NCBI GenBank assembly: GCA_043228905.1
Contig: JBHGNT010000004.1
Span: 18,724,001 to 18,788,000 of the forward strand
Direction of reading: 5' to 3'
Length of the DNA stretch: 64,000 nt
DNA from: Azolla caroliniana
Lineage: Eukaryota > Plantae > Polypodiophyta
Part shown: positions 47,800-59,746 of the stretch, one piece after another
Position numbering within the stretch: the first letter of the stretch is position 1
How the letters are laid out: every line of letters starts with the position of its first letter
Notes under the pieces: model-generated
What the model saw: only the letters and a program-made list of their open reading frames with translations
The model's database searches: none
Told to the model about the DNA's origin: nothing
Translations under genes and position numbers: made by a program

Positions 47800-50700
47800 A
47801 GCCTCAACTTGTTTACAAACGAAGTACATTAAAGTTCAACCATATTCAACAAAACTCACACTTCTCCCCACAAAACTAATTATAATCCCCACTGCCTCAT
47901 TTACAACAAAAGTATCCCACCGACACTTTTTACATGGTAGCTTACTTGTACCACAACTATACATATTTACATCTCTTGCCCACTAGTGGAAACCATTGGC
48001 GGAAACAACCATCTGGGTGTTTGATAATTCCATTTAGGCCTTGACGATGATTTGGCCATCATAAGAGAACCACCCATTTCAACAAAAACTTTGACTGAGC
48101 CCTTTCTACTTCATTTGAGTCCCCTTGAATCAAGGTATATCGTCCGCGCAACCAAGATACTACCTCGAACCAAATGTTTAGCAACAACACCTCACTGATT
48201 GGGAGCTTTCGTTGCTGAAAAACAAACATACAACGCCTTGTCCAAATGTGCCAAGTTGATAAGCACGCCACCAACATCCATATCTCCTAAAAAAAACTAG
48301 AGTTTATGCCAGGTCTCACTCCAACACATTGGAACACGTTGCCACCCTACACTATAAATCCATGACCATGTGGGTTTAACTGTTCTGCCCAACCTTCCCT
48401 TGTTAACTTCAAACCCTATAAGGACCCCCACCTGACTCTCCCATTCACACCGCATGTTGCCACTATAATGAGACTTGTACCCCAAATGTGGATTGCCTTT
48501 GCACAATTCTAAAGAACGTTGTCGTAGTGTATTTCGTACACTACGTGAAAAACTTATAAAGTACCAATTTAATAAATATGAATAAATAGTAGAAAATATT
48601 AAAAAATATATAACATGGATAAGGTAAGATTCAAACCTTACACCTCCATGTTAATAATGTGAAACCTTACCATTACACTAGCATTTCATTAGTGTTAAAA
48701 AGTAGATGTCCCACATAGAAAGCTAAGTTCACCTAGGATAAACTTTAGTTAAAAGAAAATGCATGCTAAAAGAAAAAAAAAAACTACGCATTCACCTCTA
48801 GCATGTATGAACGCTATAGTTTATAAAAAACGCACAAGTTAGAAAAAGCATGATCACTTTAGATAAAGCATATAGTCTATCTATAGAAAAAGCATGGAGT
48901 CTATAGTTAGAGAAAACACATGGGTTGGAAAAGACTCTCTCATCTCTATATAAGGATGAGGAGCACAATGTAATGGGGGTGAAAAATATTTGGAAACTGG
49001 ATATGTTTCTAAAAAACACCAATTAATAAACTATACTCGTGGGATTCACGAGGATTCTATATCATTCTCTTTCAACCCAAATTTATATTCTTATATTCAT
49101 ATTGATTAATCTAATACAATACACTCGTGGGATTCACGAGTTTGCTATTACTCTTTCTTACAACATATTTATATTCTTATTAGCCTTAAAACTCTCCTCT
49201 TCCTAGTCCAAAACCCCAATGGTTCCCACCTGACTCACGCAAACGATCTAGCGCCAAAAGGCATGACACAAGTGGTGAACCCCACGTGAAGAGGGGTGGT
49301 AAGGAGATGGATAATCAACAAGAAGCGATGAATATGATGATGATGATGATTAAGCGGATGCAAGAAGAGCAATGCACAATGTCGGAGATGAAATCGGCAG
49401 TAGCGCGACTTGTGCAAAGAAACGGGGAATTCGACGGAAAGGATGTGTCACACTATCTATGCAAATACAAGGCCGAGATGATGCGATGTGGGATACCAGA
49501 AGGATTGCAAGTGACATCCTTCAATCAAGTAGTCACATATGAGTTACAATAGAGAATCCACAAAATAGGGCAACAAAACCCGACATGGGAGTCCTTTGAA
49601 GAAGCTTTACGAGAGGCATATGATTTCAAGAGATTGAAGGGACAAGATCGGCGAGAATTCGACGAATGGGTGGCATCGGAGAAGACCTATTGGAGTGCAA
49701 CACAAGTATTCCTAGAGTTCGAGCATCGTTTTGCTCGACTCTCGAAGCGGGAACAAAGATTGGTGGGAGAGGATAAAGTCCTAATGTTCGTGAGGTCGAT
49801 CGATCGAAAAGAAAGGATGGACATTGGGATCGAACTCGAAGACGATGACGGTGCGAATGGTCTTACCGAAGATTGGGCCAAAGTCCAAAGGGTATGCCGG
49901 AGACATGATGAGAGGAAGATGAGAATCTTGTCAACAACATGGCCGATGAAGGATGGTCGATTGAAGACAAACGATGGAGCCTCCAGAGACTCCGGCGGTT
50001 GCGTTCGAAAGGCAACGTGAGACCGAAGAGACGGAAGGTGGTGGAGAGAAAACAAAGGTCGAAGCCGATTCATATGACGGAGAGATAGCCGAGAAGGTGG
50101 CTATGGTTGAAATGACAGAGGATGATAATACCGAGGGTTCATGCGCACTAATCCTAGAGAATTCAGCGGTTGTGTCCGAGGACCAACGTGAGACCGGAGA
50201 GACGGGAGATGGCGGCAAGGAAGGTAAAGTCGGAAGCCGGTTTGGATGGAAGATGATCTGTCCGAAATTCCGGTCTAAAAGAAAGCTAAAGCAAGCGGAA
50301 GTGGATCCGGACAAAATCCGAGAGTTCGACACGGACGGAATCATTCCAACCGGAAGTCGATCGAATGAGACCGATCTGGAAAGAAGTTCCGGAAGTCAAA
50401 CCGGTCGAGACCGGTGAAAACAAAGAAAAGAAAGAAAATCTAGACGGAAACCGATCGGTCGACACAGATCCGGAAGGGGGCTGAATCGGTAAAAACCGAT
50501 CAACCGAGTCCGAATCAGCCGAATACGAATCGGAATGGAAGCCGATCCAACTGAAAGACAATCGGACGATACCGAATCGGAAAGAAGCTAATCCGACTCA
50601 ACCGGAGATCCGAAAAGAAATCAATATTGATAAAGACAAGGAAGAGGCCAAGCAAAGACACTACCACGAATGACAAGGACCAAGCGGGCCATATCAATGC

Positions 50701-52910
50701 AAAAAGCGAACGAAGACTATGGTGGATCGGATGGCGACAATGGTTCGGGTGGAAAGAATGGATGTGTTCAAAATGGAGAGACAAAGCCGACATAGCAAGA
50801 GAAACGGAGGGTACTACAAGTAAAGAAGAATTACGAGGGCCAGTAATTAGAGACCGGATAGAGCCTGCAACCGAACAGAACTGGAAACCGGACGGCGTCG
50901 GCAACCAAAAACCGGAGACCAAACGGGGCCGACAACCAAACACGACCGACGATGAAACCAACCGGGCAGAGAACGGACGGACGAGACTAACAATCACCGA
51001 CAACTTCGGCACATACCGGAGGATGTGCGGGTTCGGAGGGGGCGAGTGTCGTAGTGTATTTCGTACACTACGTGAAAAACTTATAAAGTACCGATTTAAT
51101 AAATATGAATAAATAGTAGAAAATATTAAAAAATATATAACATGGATTTAGTGTTAAAAAGTAGATGTCCCACATAGAAAGCTAAGTTCACCTAGGATAA
51201 ACTTTAGTTAAAAGAAAATGCATGTTAAAAGAAAAAAAAAAAACTATGCATGCACCTCTAGCGTGTATGAGCGCTATAGTTTATAAAAAATGCACAAGTT
51301 AGAAAAAGCATGATCACTTTAGATAAAGCATATAGTCTATCTATAGAAAAAGCATGGAGTCTATAGTTAGAGAAAACACATGGGTTGGAAAAGACTCTCT
51401 CATCTCTATATTAGGATGAGGAGCACAATGTAATGGGGGTGAAAAATATTTGGAAACTGGATATGTTTCTAAAAAACACCAATTAATAAACTATACTCGT
51501 GGGATTCACGAGGATTCTATATCATTCTCTTTCAACCCAAATTTATATTCTTATATTCATATTGATTAATCTAATACAATACACTCGTGGGATTCACGAG
51601 TTTGCTATTACTCTTTCTTACAACATATTTATATTCTTATTAGCCTTAAAACTCTCCTCTTCCTAGTCCAAAACCCCAGCGGTTCCCACCCGACTCACGC
51701 AAACGATCTGGCGCCGAAAGGCACGACAACGTGAGGTATCGATTCCAAAGAGTGTCCACATAACTTACAACCAACCTCCCCACCACAACACCTCATCCAC
51801 TCCCCTACAAGTATCGCCTTATGGTGAAGAAGCCAAAACCAAACCTTTATTTTTTCTAGCATATCCAACGCCCATAGTCTCCTCCAAAACGACTTCAACA
51901 AGTCATCTGATATGCCTTTATCCCTCTAACTATTGTGAGTCTGAGAAACACTCACTGATTTGGAGCCAATGATTTGCCTTCTTAGCTTAATATTGTACTA
52001 AAAAAACCCCCCTAGTTTGTTCGTCCCTAGTTTCTACCACCATACCTCTAGTGGATCCCACTCTAATTCACATAAGGGATTGTTGTCAAATAGCCATGTT
52101 TTACAATCATTATCTAGCTTCCCTGGGTTTGGGTTCACTTACCACTTCTTACCGTCCAACACTGCCACCCGCACTGCCAACCACTGGCCATTGTCGGACA
52201 AAGCACTTAGGTTTCCCCACAAGAGATACTCATTAGATGGGCACCTGCCACATATAATTTTTGCATCACCCTCACCTACAAACCACCCAGACCAAACCCC
52301 CTCTTCCACCTTCCACCTATCTAGACCATCAACAACTTTATCTATAAATTGGGTCACCTTTTCTAGCCTGCTAGTAAACATATTGCTACCAGTCTGACCT
52401 TCGTTCCTCTTCATTCTGAAAACCTCCCAATCTCTTACTGAACTAAGATTGTACCCTAACATGTGCCCCATGGAAAATATTTTTTCTGTCCAAGCATCAT
52501 ATCGTCTTTGCTTCTAATCCTGGGGTTCCAAAACAACGGTTATCCGAGCTGTTCCTCCAAGGTTTTCGGTAGCATTAAGACCAACCCTTCTCTTACACTT
52601 GACCAGGCCCTCATTATGGCGCGGACCACCTTGTCCTCCATGCTAGCCGGTTCTTTCAATTTTAGACATGGATTGAGCAACAACCACATCTTTGCCTTCT
52701 AAGGGCCGCCATTCCTCGGACACCAGAGGTAAGCTCTGTCCCTAAGAAGAATCTTCTACAATTCAGGTCCAGGTTGTAGACTTCGCACCAGTAGCTTACC
52801 AAGTAAAGCCTTAATTTGGTGAACTGGATCCACCAACCCAAGTCCACCCAAGTTTTTCACCTTGATCAAACAACTCCATGCCACTTTAGCTGACACTGTC
52901 TCATGGTCTT
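47800..52910 (-). mobile_element. L1-like LINE remnant interrupted by the Gypsy-type element
   Basis: Minus strand: KVAWSC..GGLGL-like region near 52850 and FWRRLW..KIKVWFWLLHHKAI..CKLCGHSLESIPH|VL*NCAKAIHIW. The zf-RVT motif rejoins across the insertion (51733 to 48519). Confidence 0.75.
48520..51728 (+). mobile_element. Non-autonomous gag-only Gypsy-type LTR retrotransposon
   Basis: Near-identical LTRs 48520-49268 and 51047-51728 (TGTCGT..ACGACA), 4-bp TSD ACGT, PBS TGGTGAACCCCACGTGAA (49273-49290, complementary to the plant tRNA-Trp 3' end), and PPT GGAGGGGGCGAG before the 3' LTR. A gag-like frame starts at about 49307 (FDGKDVSHYL..W..FEEALREAY) and has a stop at 49550. No pol motifs. Confidence 0.9.
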
Positions 52911-53009
52911 TACTATAGCTATCAAATCAATTAGTACAAGGGAATTTGATAGCTTCATGATTGCCTCTCTTGTTAATTCCAAACAAGAGATGAAAAGAAA
53001 TAGAGAGCA

Positions 53010-53107
53010 TCTAGATGGATGTAGGTCAAATAATAAAATTGTCCATTAGAAACCGGAAAATCATGCACTTAGCCTAGCCCCTACATTTCTTAGTGGCATC
53101 TAGTGAA
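53010..53107 (+). mobile_element. Degenerate copy D of the tRNA-like element (first half only)
   Basis: CTAGATGGATGTAGGTCAA...CCCCTACATT..AGTGGCATCTAGTGAA, again preceded by a GA-rich stretch. Confidence 0.55.
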
Positions 53108-53757
53108 CTAGTATAGTAAGCAAGATTAGAACCCAACTGTGTCGGCTAGTACAAAAATGTCCTTCAATTAGGGTGTGTCCTAATGCAATAAAAATATATA
53201 GAAAGGGAGGGCTATACACTTAGTGAAGCTAAATTGATAAGATTGTTCTATGAAACTAGAAGGTCATGCATACAACCATTTACATTTAGTATGGTAAACA
53301 CCCTCAAAATATGGAGAATTAAGGTAAAAAGTGTAAAAAAAGACATAAGAATGTTTTGATAACATACTCATTCGTTTGCATTTGTATGAAAAGTAATGTT
53401 TGCCCATGCATTTGAGTATATTATGTACTATGGTAGTGAGTTTTGTGAGAACATAGGTCTAAGGTTAACACAAAGAACAACATAATTTGAAAAGAGAGGG
53501 CAAGCGGGAGTGTGCTCACATTTGAGGTTCTATGCATCACATCATTCCATTTGGTTAGAGGAGAGAAAAAAGAAAGAGTTAAAGTAACACGTGGCAAACA
53601 AATGAATAAAATGATAGGAAACATCAATTGTTGTTTTAAATTGCATGAGTTGTGGGATACATAAGTTTTTAATCAGATATTTAATGTGGTATAGCACAAA
53701 CATCACAATAAAATCGTGATTTGTGAGGCAATTTTTAATTTGTGATTGCCAGATTAG

Positions 53758-54050
53758 CATTGAGGAAATTTCCTCAAGTGCCATGTTAGCATAGAGGAAA
53801 TTTCCACGAGTGCCACATGACATTTGAGCAAATCCCTCGTTTGAGGAAAAGTTCCTTGAAAGCCACGTATAAAGCTGCTTTCCTCAATTGGAGGAAAGTG
53901 CCCTTTATGTTGAGGAAGTTTCTTAAATTCGAGGAAAATTTCTCGACGATGAGTAAAGACATCGAAGGAAGCTCGACTCTATCTTTGCTCTCAATCGAGG
54001 AAAGCTCATGACATGAGCTCTCAATTCAATTCGAGGAGCTTTCCTCTAAC
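53758..54050. repeat. Cluster of direct and inverted (T)GAGGAAA motifs, possibly DNA-transposon subterminal repeats
   Basis: About ten GAGGAA/TTCCTC motifs, including the palindrome TTGAGGAAATTTCCTCAA. Confidence 0.45.
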
Positions 54051-55155
54051 CTTTTGCTACTCCAACAATACATAGATACTACACTCGACGTTGCTACATC
54101 GCCAACTATGATCATCATAAGTTGTTGCTACCTATTGCTATCAATCATCAATGACGTTTGCAAGTGACATAACTTGACGTCACCTACCATGTCTCGTGCA
54201 TCCAAATCAACTTTTGTTTACACGTATTTCACACTTATAAAATAAAACAAAGCCTACCCACATAAACTAGATCCCGATTCCCTACCATACCCCTTTGACC
54301 TATTTTTAAACACCTTATAACAAACATTCACACCTACATGTTAACTTACATATGCATCCATTCCTACATATACAAATATGCACATCCTCGGATACTAATA
54401 CACATGCTACACACATATATACTTATATTCAAGTGCATAGGTACACTTGATTATAAGTATATATGCGTGTGTATTAGTATAAGAGGATGTGCATGTGTGT
54501 AAGAATTGTAACAATTCCTTCATTAATATATACCTTACATACCTACATACAAATGCTCTTACACACACACACACACACACACACATACACACAAAATACG
54601 TTAAATACATTTTTTAATATGTTAAATACTTATAAAATACATAAAATACGTATTTTACGTATAGTAAAATAAATGCTTCTAGAATTTGAAAATTATTTAC
54701 CTTTCTAAAAAATATTTGTAATATTGTAGAAAGCATCTATGTTCTACATCCTAAAATGCATATAAGACATTTGAATATGTATTTCACATCCTAAAATACT
54801 TGTCGTAATATGGATGTCGACATTCACTTATTCTATAATTCAGTATAAGTGTGTATCACAACTTTAATTTGTAATTATTTGTGATCATGCCTTCATAGAT
54901 TGAGGAATCGTCTACGATTATCACACTCAGGATAGCTTTCTATCTTCTTTTCTCTTCTTCTTCGTCATCATCATCGTCGTCTCTTTCGTTCTTCGTTCTT
55001 CGTTCTTTTGCACTAAAATCTATTTTTTCTTTTGCTTTTTGTTAGGGTTTTAGTTACATTTTTTTATAAATACGTATTATACCTATTTTTTCAAATGTAC
55101 GTTAAATACCGTATTGGACAAATGTATATAATGTTTGAGTGAACAACATTGACGT

Positions 55156-55847
55156 TGTCGCGTTGTTACGCGCGTGCGTGTAGAACGAGGCGGGACCACC
55201 GGGGTCTTGGACCGAGAAATAGCTGAGAAGGAGGGGAACGGGAAGGCAACATACGCACTTGCACACGCACGGACGCGGGGCACACAGGAATCACAGTGCA
55301 TCAACACAGCAAAATGAGACGACTAGAAGTCCGAGTATATGAACACATATGTATATTAATTTGTATGTGTATATCAAGACGGGTACAACTAACAGGCCGG
55401 CAAGGCGAACACCGACGCCTGTTCACTCACACGTAGAAGAGCAAGATGGAGACTCTGCTGGAAGCACACGGGTGTTCCACGAAGCAGAGTCAGCCTCCTG
55501 AAAACCTGCGCCTAGCGAATACAGAGCAAGAAGGAGGAGAAGAGCTCGGTCCTAGTCCGACAGCACTACGTCCTCCACAAAAAGCGATCCCTTTTTCCAT
55601 TCCTCTCCCTCTCTTTTATAGCCCAAGGAGGGAGGCCGTTATCATTCATTACATCATATTAATTCTCTGTCCTTTCGGACAGAGATACACCTCGATTCTC
55701 TCCTTATTGAATGCGTGCTACCTAGGATCTCACCTCAACTGACTTGTACCTAGCTACTTACTATACAACGAAAGTGTGCTCGCGTGTAAGGGCCGGTTTA
55801 TACACGATAAACCCGGTTTCCGCCTAGGGACGGTTTTCTTCATGACA
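55156..55847. mobile_element. Solo LTR related to 42873-43594
   Basis: TGTCG...TGACA termini, the shared CGGGACCAC.GGGGTCTTGGAC block, and a flanking direct repeat ACATTGACGT (55146-55155 and 55848-55857). Confidence 0.7.
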
Positions 55848-55931
55848 ACATTGACGTATAGTACGTACTATACAAATTATGAGGTATTATACGTATTTAA
55901 ACGTTAAATACGTGTACGTAAACAATGTTGA

Positions 55932-56820
55932 TGGTATCAAAGCGCGTGGTAGATTGATCGAAGCCCATCGCCTCTGCGTGTGTTGTGCCCAATTCCGCGT
56001 TCGGAAAGAACCGGCTTATCACTGTTGTAGCAACCTGCACAGTTTGTATCAAAGAGAAGAAGAAGTTCGACAATGAACACTCACTGGGAAGCACTCTTCC
56101 TATTGAGAAGCTCTACAAAAACAACTTTGCATCTTAGGAGTACAAGATGCACCAATACCTTGTCGGCCAAGGCTATTGGGGCTACATCAAAGAAGCACAA
56201 GAAACAAAACCCAACCTAACCCGACACATGCGGACTACCCAGCTTGGGAACAGGCTACGAGATGTGTGTTGTACTGCCTTGCATCATGCATACATGATTA
56301 TATGCTCGACTACATTCGAGAGGCAAAAACGCTGAAGGAGGCGTGGGGGAACCTCAAGAAAATCTTCGCATCCAATATGACTGCTTGCAAGCTTCAACTT
56401 CGTCTGGAGTTGAACGATATTCAACTGAGGGACATGACAATCGGTAGCTACACCTTTAAGATTAAGGAGTTGTGCGACGCCCTTGGATCGATCAATGTCA
56501 ACATTGATGACGATGAGATGGTGCAGATATGCCTCGAAGGCTTGACACCTCGGTTTGGCGCAATAAGGTCGGTTGTTCTCTCTCTCGAGAATCCTTCCTC
56601 CTCCTTCGATCTCCAGTCAATGTTACTGGTCGAAGAAAATCACGTTAGAACAAAGAACAATGTGCAAGAATGACACATGATCTATTCAAACTCGGATGGA
56701 AGAAGAGGACGAGGTCGTGGCGGAAGAGGCCGATTTGGGCAAGGCCAACAAAACAACCAAGGGCAATCCCATGAGCATAACTTCTATTATCGACAAGATG
56801 TCACGAACACACGAGGAGGA
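55932..56820 (+). mobile_element. Truncated Copia (PBS + gag), same family as 24747-27672
   Basis: PBS-like TGGTATCAAAGC at 55932. YKMHQYLVGQGYWG..LKEAWGNLKKIF..LQLRLEL..FDLQSMLLVEENH is homologous to the gag at 25945-27198. Confidence 0.8.
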
Positions 56821-57659
56821 GTATCTGGATCCGTTCTTTCCTTAATACTTATTAACTAATATTCATAATATTCCTCCCCTCCAACTCTTCCCTGTCCACA
56901 CTTCTTCCCCGGATCATACTCCTAGGGCCAACACATGGCACGCTTGTGGGACAATGCCTTGCACGTCGAACCCACGGGTTAGCTCCTTCAATCTTCATTG
57001 AGTATATCTAATATGCTCTAGTCCAGGGGTTTGAGTGGTTCTCATTCGAATGCAAACGAATACGCATACGAATACATTGTCAAGTATTCGTTTCACGAAA
57101 GAAAAAGAGTACAAGAACTCCCTCCTTTTTTAGTTTCCTACAATACTAAAAATGGGACTTCACAATAAAAAGGGGCATTGAAAGAGGACTATAAAAAGGG
57201 ACATTAAAAGAGGGACGTGACACCAATAAATTTTTATAATAAATGTAAAAGAATTCGTTTTATTTTTAATAAAGAAATAAATAAAATAAAGGGTCATTAA
57301 TTTTTCACTTTTTATTCTCTCAAAATATATGGATATTTTTATCTTGACATTAAAAATTGGACTTCACACTAATCATATTTCTATAATAAATATAAAATAT
57401 TCGTTATTTTAAAATTAATTAATTAAAATAAAGGTTTATGAACTTCCCCCTTTTTTATTTGACACTATAAAGGAGAGTTAATACTAGTCATATTTTTATA
57501 ATTTATTAATGAATGATTGTTCCTTTTTTAGTGAATTAAATTTATTTAAATAAAAAAATGAATTAATTAATATTTTGTATATTTATTTTGCAAAATGAAT
57601 GCTTTTATAATATTCTTGGAGCCATTTCGTATTCTTGAATATTGCGAATATCACACATG

Positions 57660-58680
57660 GAGAATATGATGAATATCATGCATGTGTTATTCTATGATTG
57701 TAATAAAAGATGTTATTATCATTCTTATTGTTGTCCATAAGAGACATAGAGTGAGAGAGAGATACAGAAAGTTTTTCTGTTGTAACAGCTGGTTGGCGAA
57801 GATAGAGCTCGAGGTTGTTGCCTCTGAGTCTCACATTGTAGTGCCTCTTCTCTATAGTGATCTTGTTCAGAGTTAGAGAAATCCCATGATTTTGCCTCTT
57901 GAGGTTTTCCACGTAAACATACGGTGTCGTGTCATTCTTGTGTGAGTGAATCAATCTTAATTTCTTTCTTTTGTTTCTTTCATAGTGTGTTTGGATCTCA
58001 GTTGTGACCGAGAACGATTCTCTTCAATTCGGTACTGGAGCTTATGTTCCTAGCTTCAAAAAGAAATAAAAAGGGAAGAGTCATTTGGTGGCATGTTCAA
58101 GCTCATTGTCTCCAACTACCCAGTGTGGAAGTCGAAGATGAGGGACATGTTAATGGTCAAAGATCTTTGGTTGTCGGTACAATTTGGAGATAAAAGACCA
58201 GACAAGATTGATGCCATAACCTAGGAGGTGATACATTTGATGACGATGACATACATACGCTACTTTATCGACATGAGCCTGTACAACAACTTCAATGAAG
58301 AGAGTAAGGCTCATGAACTCTTGAAGAAGATCGACACTACGCCAGAGAACAAGAATGCTGTGAATCGGGTCTCGGTATTTCGAAAAATAGTGAGGCTCAA
58401 ATATCAAGACAACTCCAACATGGCGGAGCATATGAATGCTTTCCAAGGTTTGATAAACCAAACGACGTCATTAGAAGTAACTCTAGCCGAAGAGGTACTT
58501 GCTTTGTGGTTGCTTGTATCCCTTCCGGATAGTTAGGAGACAGTAGTTGTCATGATGGGCAACGCTAGATCGGAAGGGAAGAACTTATCCCTGGCAAGAG
58601 TGAAGTCAAGCTTGCTGAATGAAGAAGCTCGTCGGAAGGACGGGGAGTCCGGAACCGACCCGAAGGCCTTAGTTATGGAG
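57660..58680 (+). mobile_element. Truncated Copia (partial LTR + gag)
   Basis: LTR-like sequence, degenerate PBS (CGGTACTGGAGC, about 58030), and gag MFKL..SNYPVWKSKMRDML..RLKYQD..EHMNAFQGLINQ..LLVSLPDS..VKSSLLNEEARRK, ending at the duplication junction. Confidence 0.75.
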
Positions 58681-59746
58681 AGCACCATGTGAAGTATTGT
58701 TTGAGAGAGAAGGAATATATTTGGATGGAATGTGGTACAATCTTGTTCAATCACCATCAAAGTGACCAATGGACCATGGGCATCAAAACATGACTACATT
58801 TCACTAGTGTTCTTTCTTAATCTCCTTTGGATATTGAATATAGAGGAGAAACATTGTCAACGACTTTATGCTCAATTGATGTGTTAACCTAACCAAGTCT
58901 GATTCAACTCTCAAACCTTGAGTGGCAAAGTAGGAAGGTCTTTGTGTGATGCTCCATCATGCACTTATGCAGGGTCATATTGTGGTAATGAGGTATGCCT
59001 ATCTTGTGGCCCTTGCCCAAAATTGTAACTAGCATATATGTTTGAACAACAAAATTAACGAACACATCCCTCTTTTTCACAAAGGAAAGGGCAAACACTC
59101 CGTCACCATTGTACCCTCTAGCATTGGATGAGGATTGCCTAAGAAAAAGGATATCAATGTGGTATCTTCATCATGCACCAATGCATGATCATTGTCATAG
59201 TAATGAATAGTTGATTTTGTAAATTTTTAGTGTTTGAATGGCAAAATCAGCCAATTGGGAGCCCTCTTTGTCAAGGAAAGGATGGATCACTCATGCACAA
59301 ACGTTAACATGATCATTGAGGGGAATTTACCTACCTTGTGTGCCTTGGCTAGACTTGCAAATGGCTAATGTTTGGATGGGGAAAAAATGTTTTGAAGTAG
59401 TCTGTACGATAAAAGAAAATATAGTAAGTTGAACCAAAACGATGAGAAGAATTACAAGATAGCTTAAATAGAATCGAGAGATCATTCGATTTCAATGGGG
59501 ACATTTTTAGCTAGGAACCGAGGTTTGGGATGGGCATGCTACAAACTTGAAAAAGAGGGTAACACAGAAAATTATACTCTTATGTGGTTCATATGTCCAA
59601 CATACAACTTCTAAAACTCGGATAGGCAATTTTATTAAACCGGGAGTACTACAAGTTTTACACATTAAGGTGGGTGTGACAACATGTGTTCCATATTGCC
59701 TCATGGAAGGGAATATGTATAGATACATTTCCATACTACTACTAAT

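Noticed and set aside
49931-51112. Overlapping ORFs in the interior of the Gypsy-type element as extra genes (env-like or captured)
   Set aside because: Low-complexity, purine-biased sequence with no recognisable domain or TM segment.
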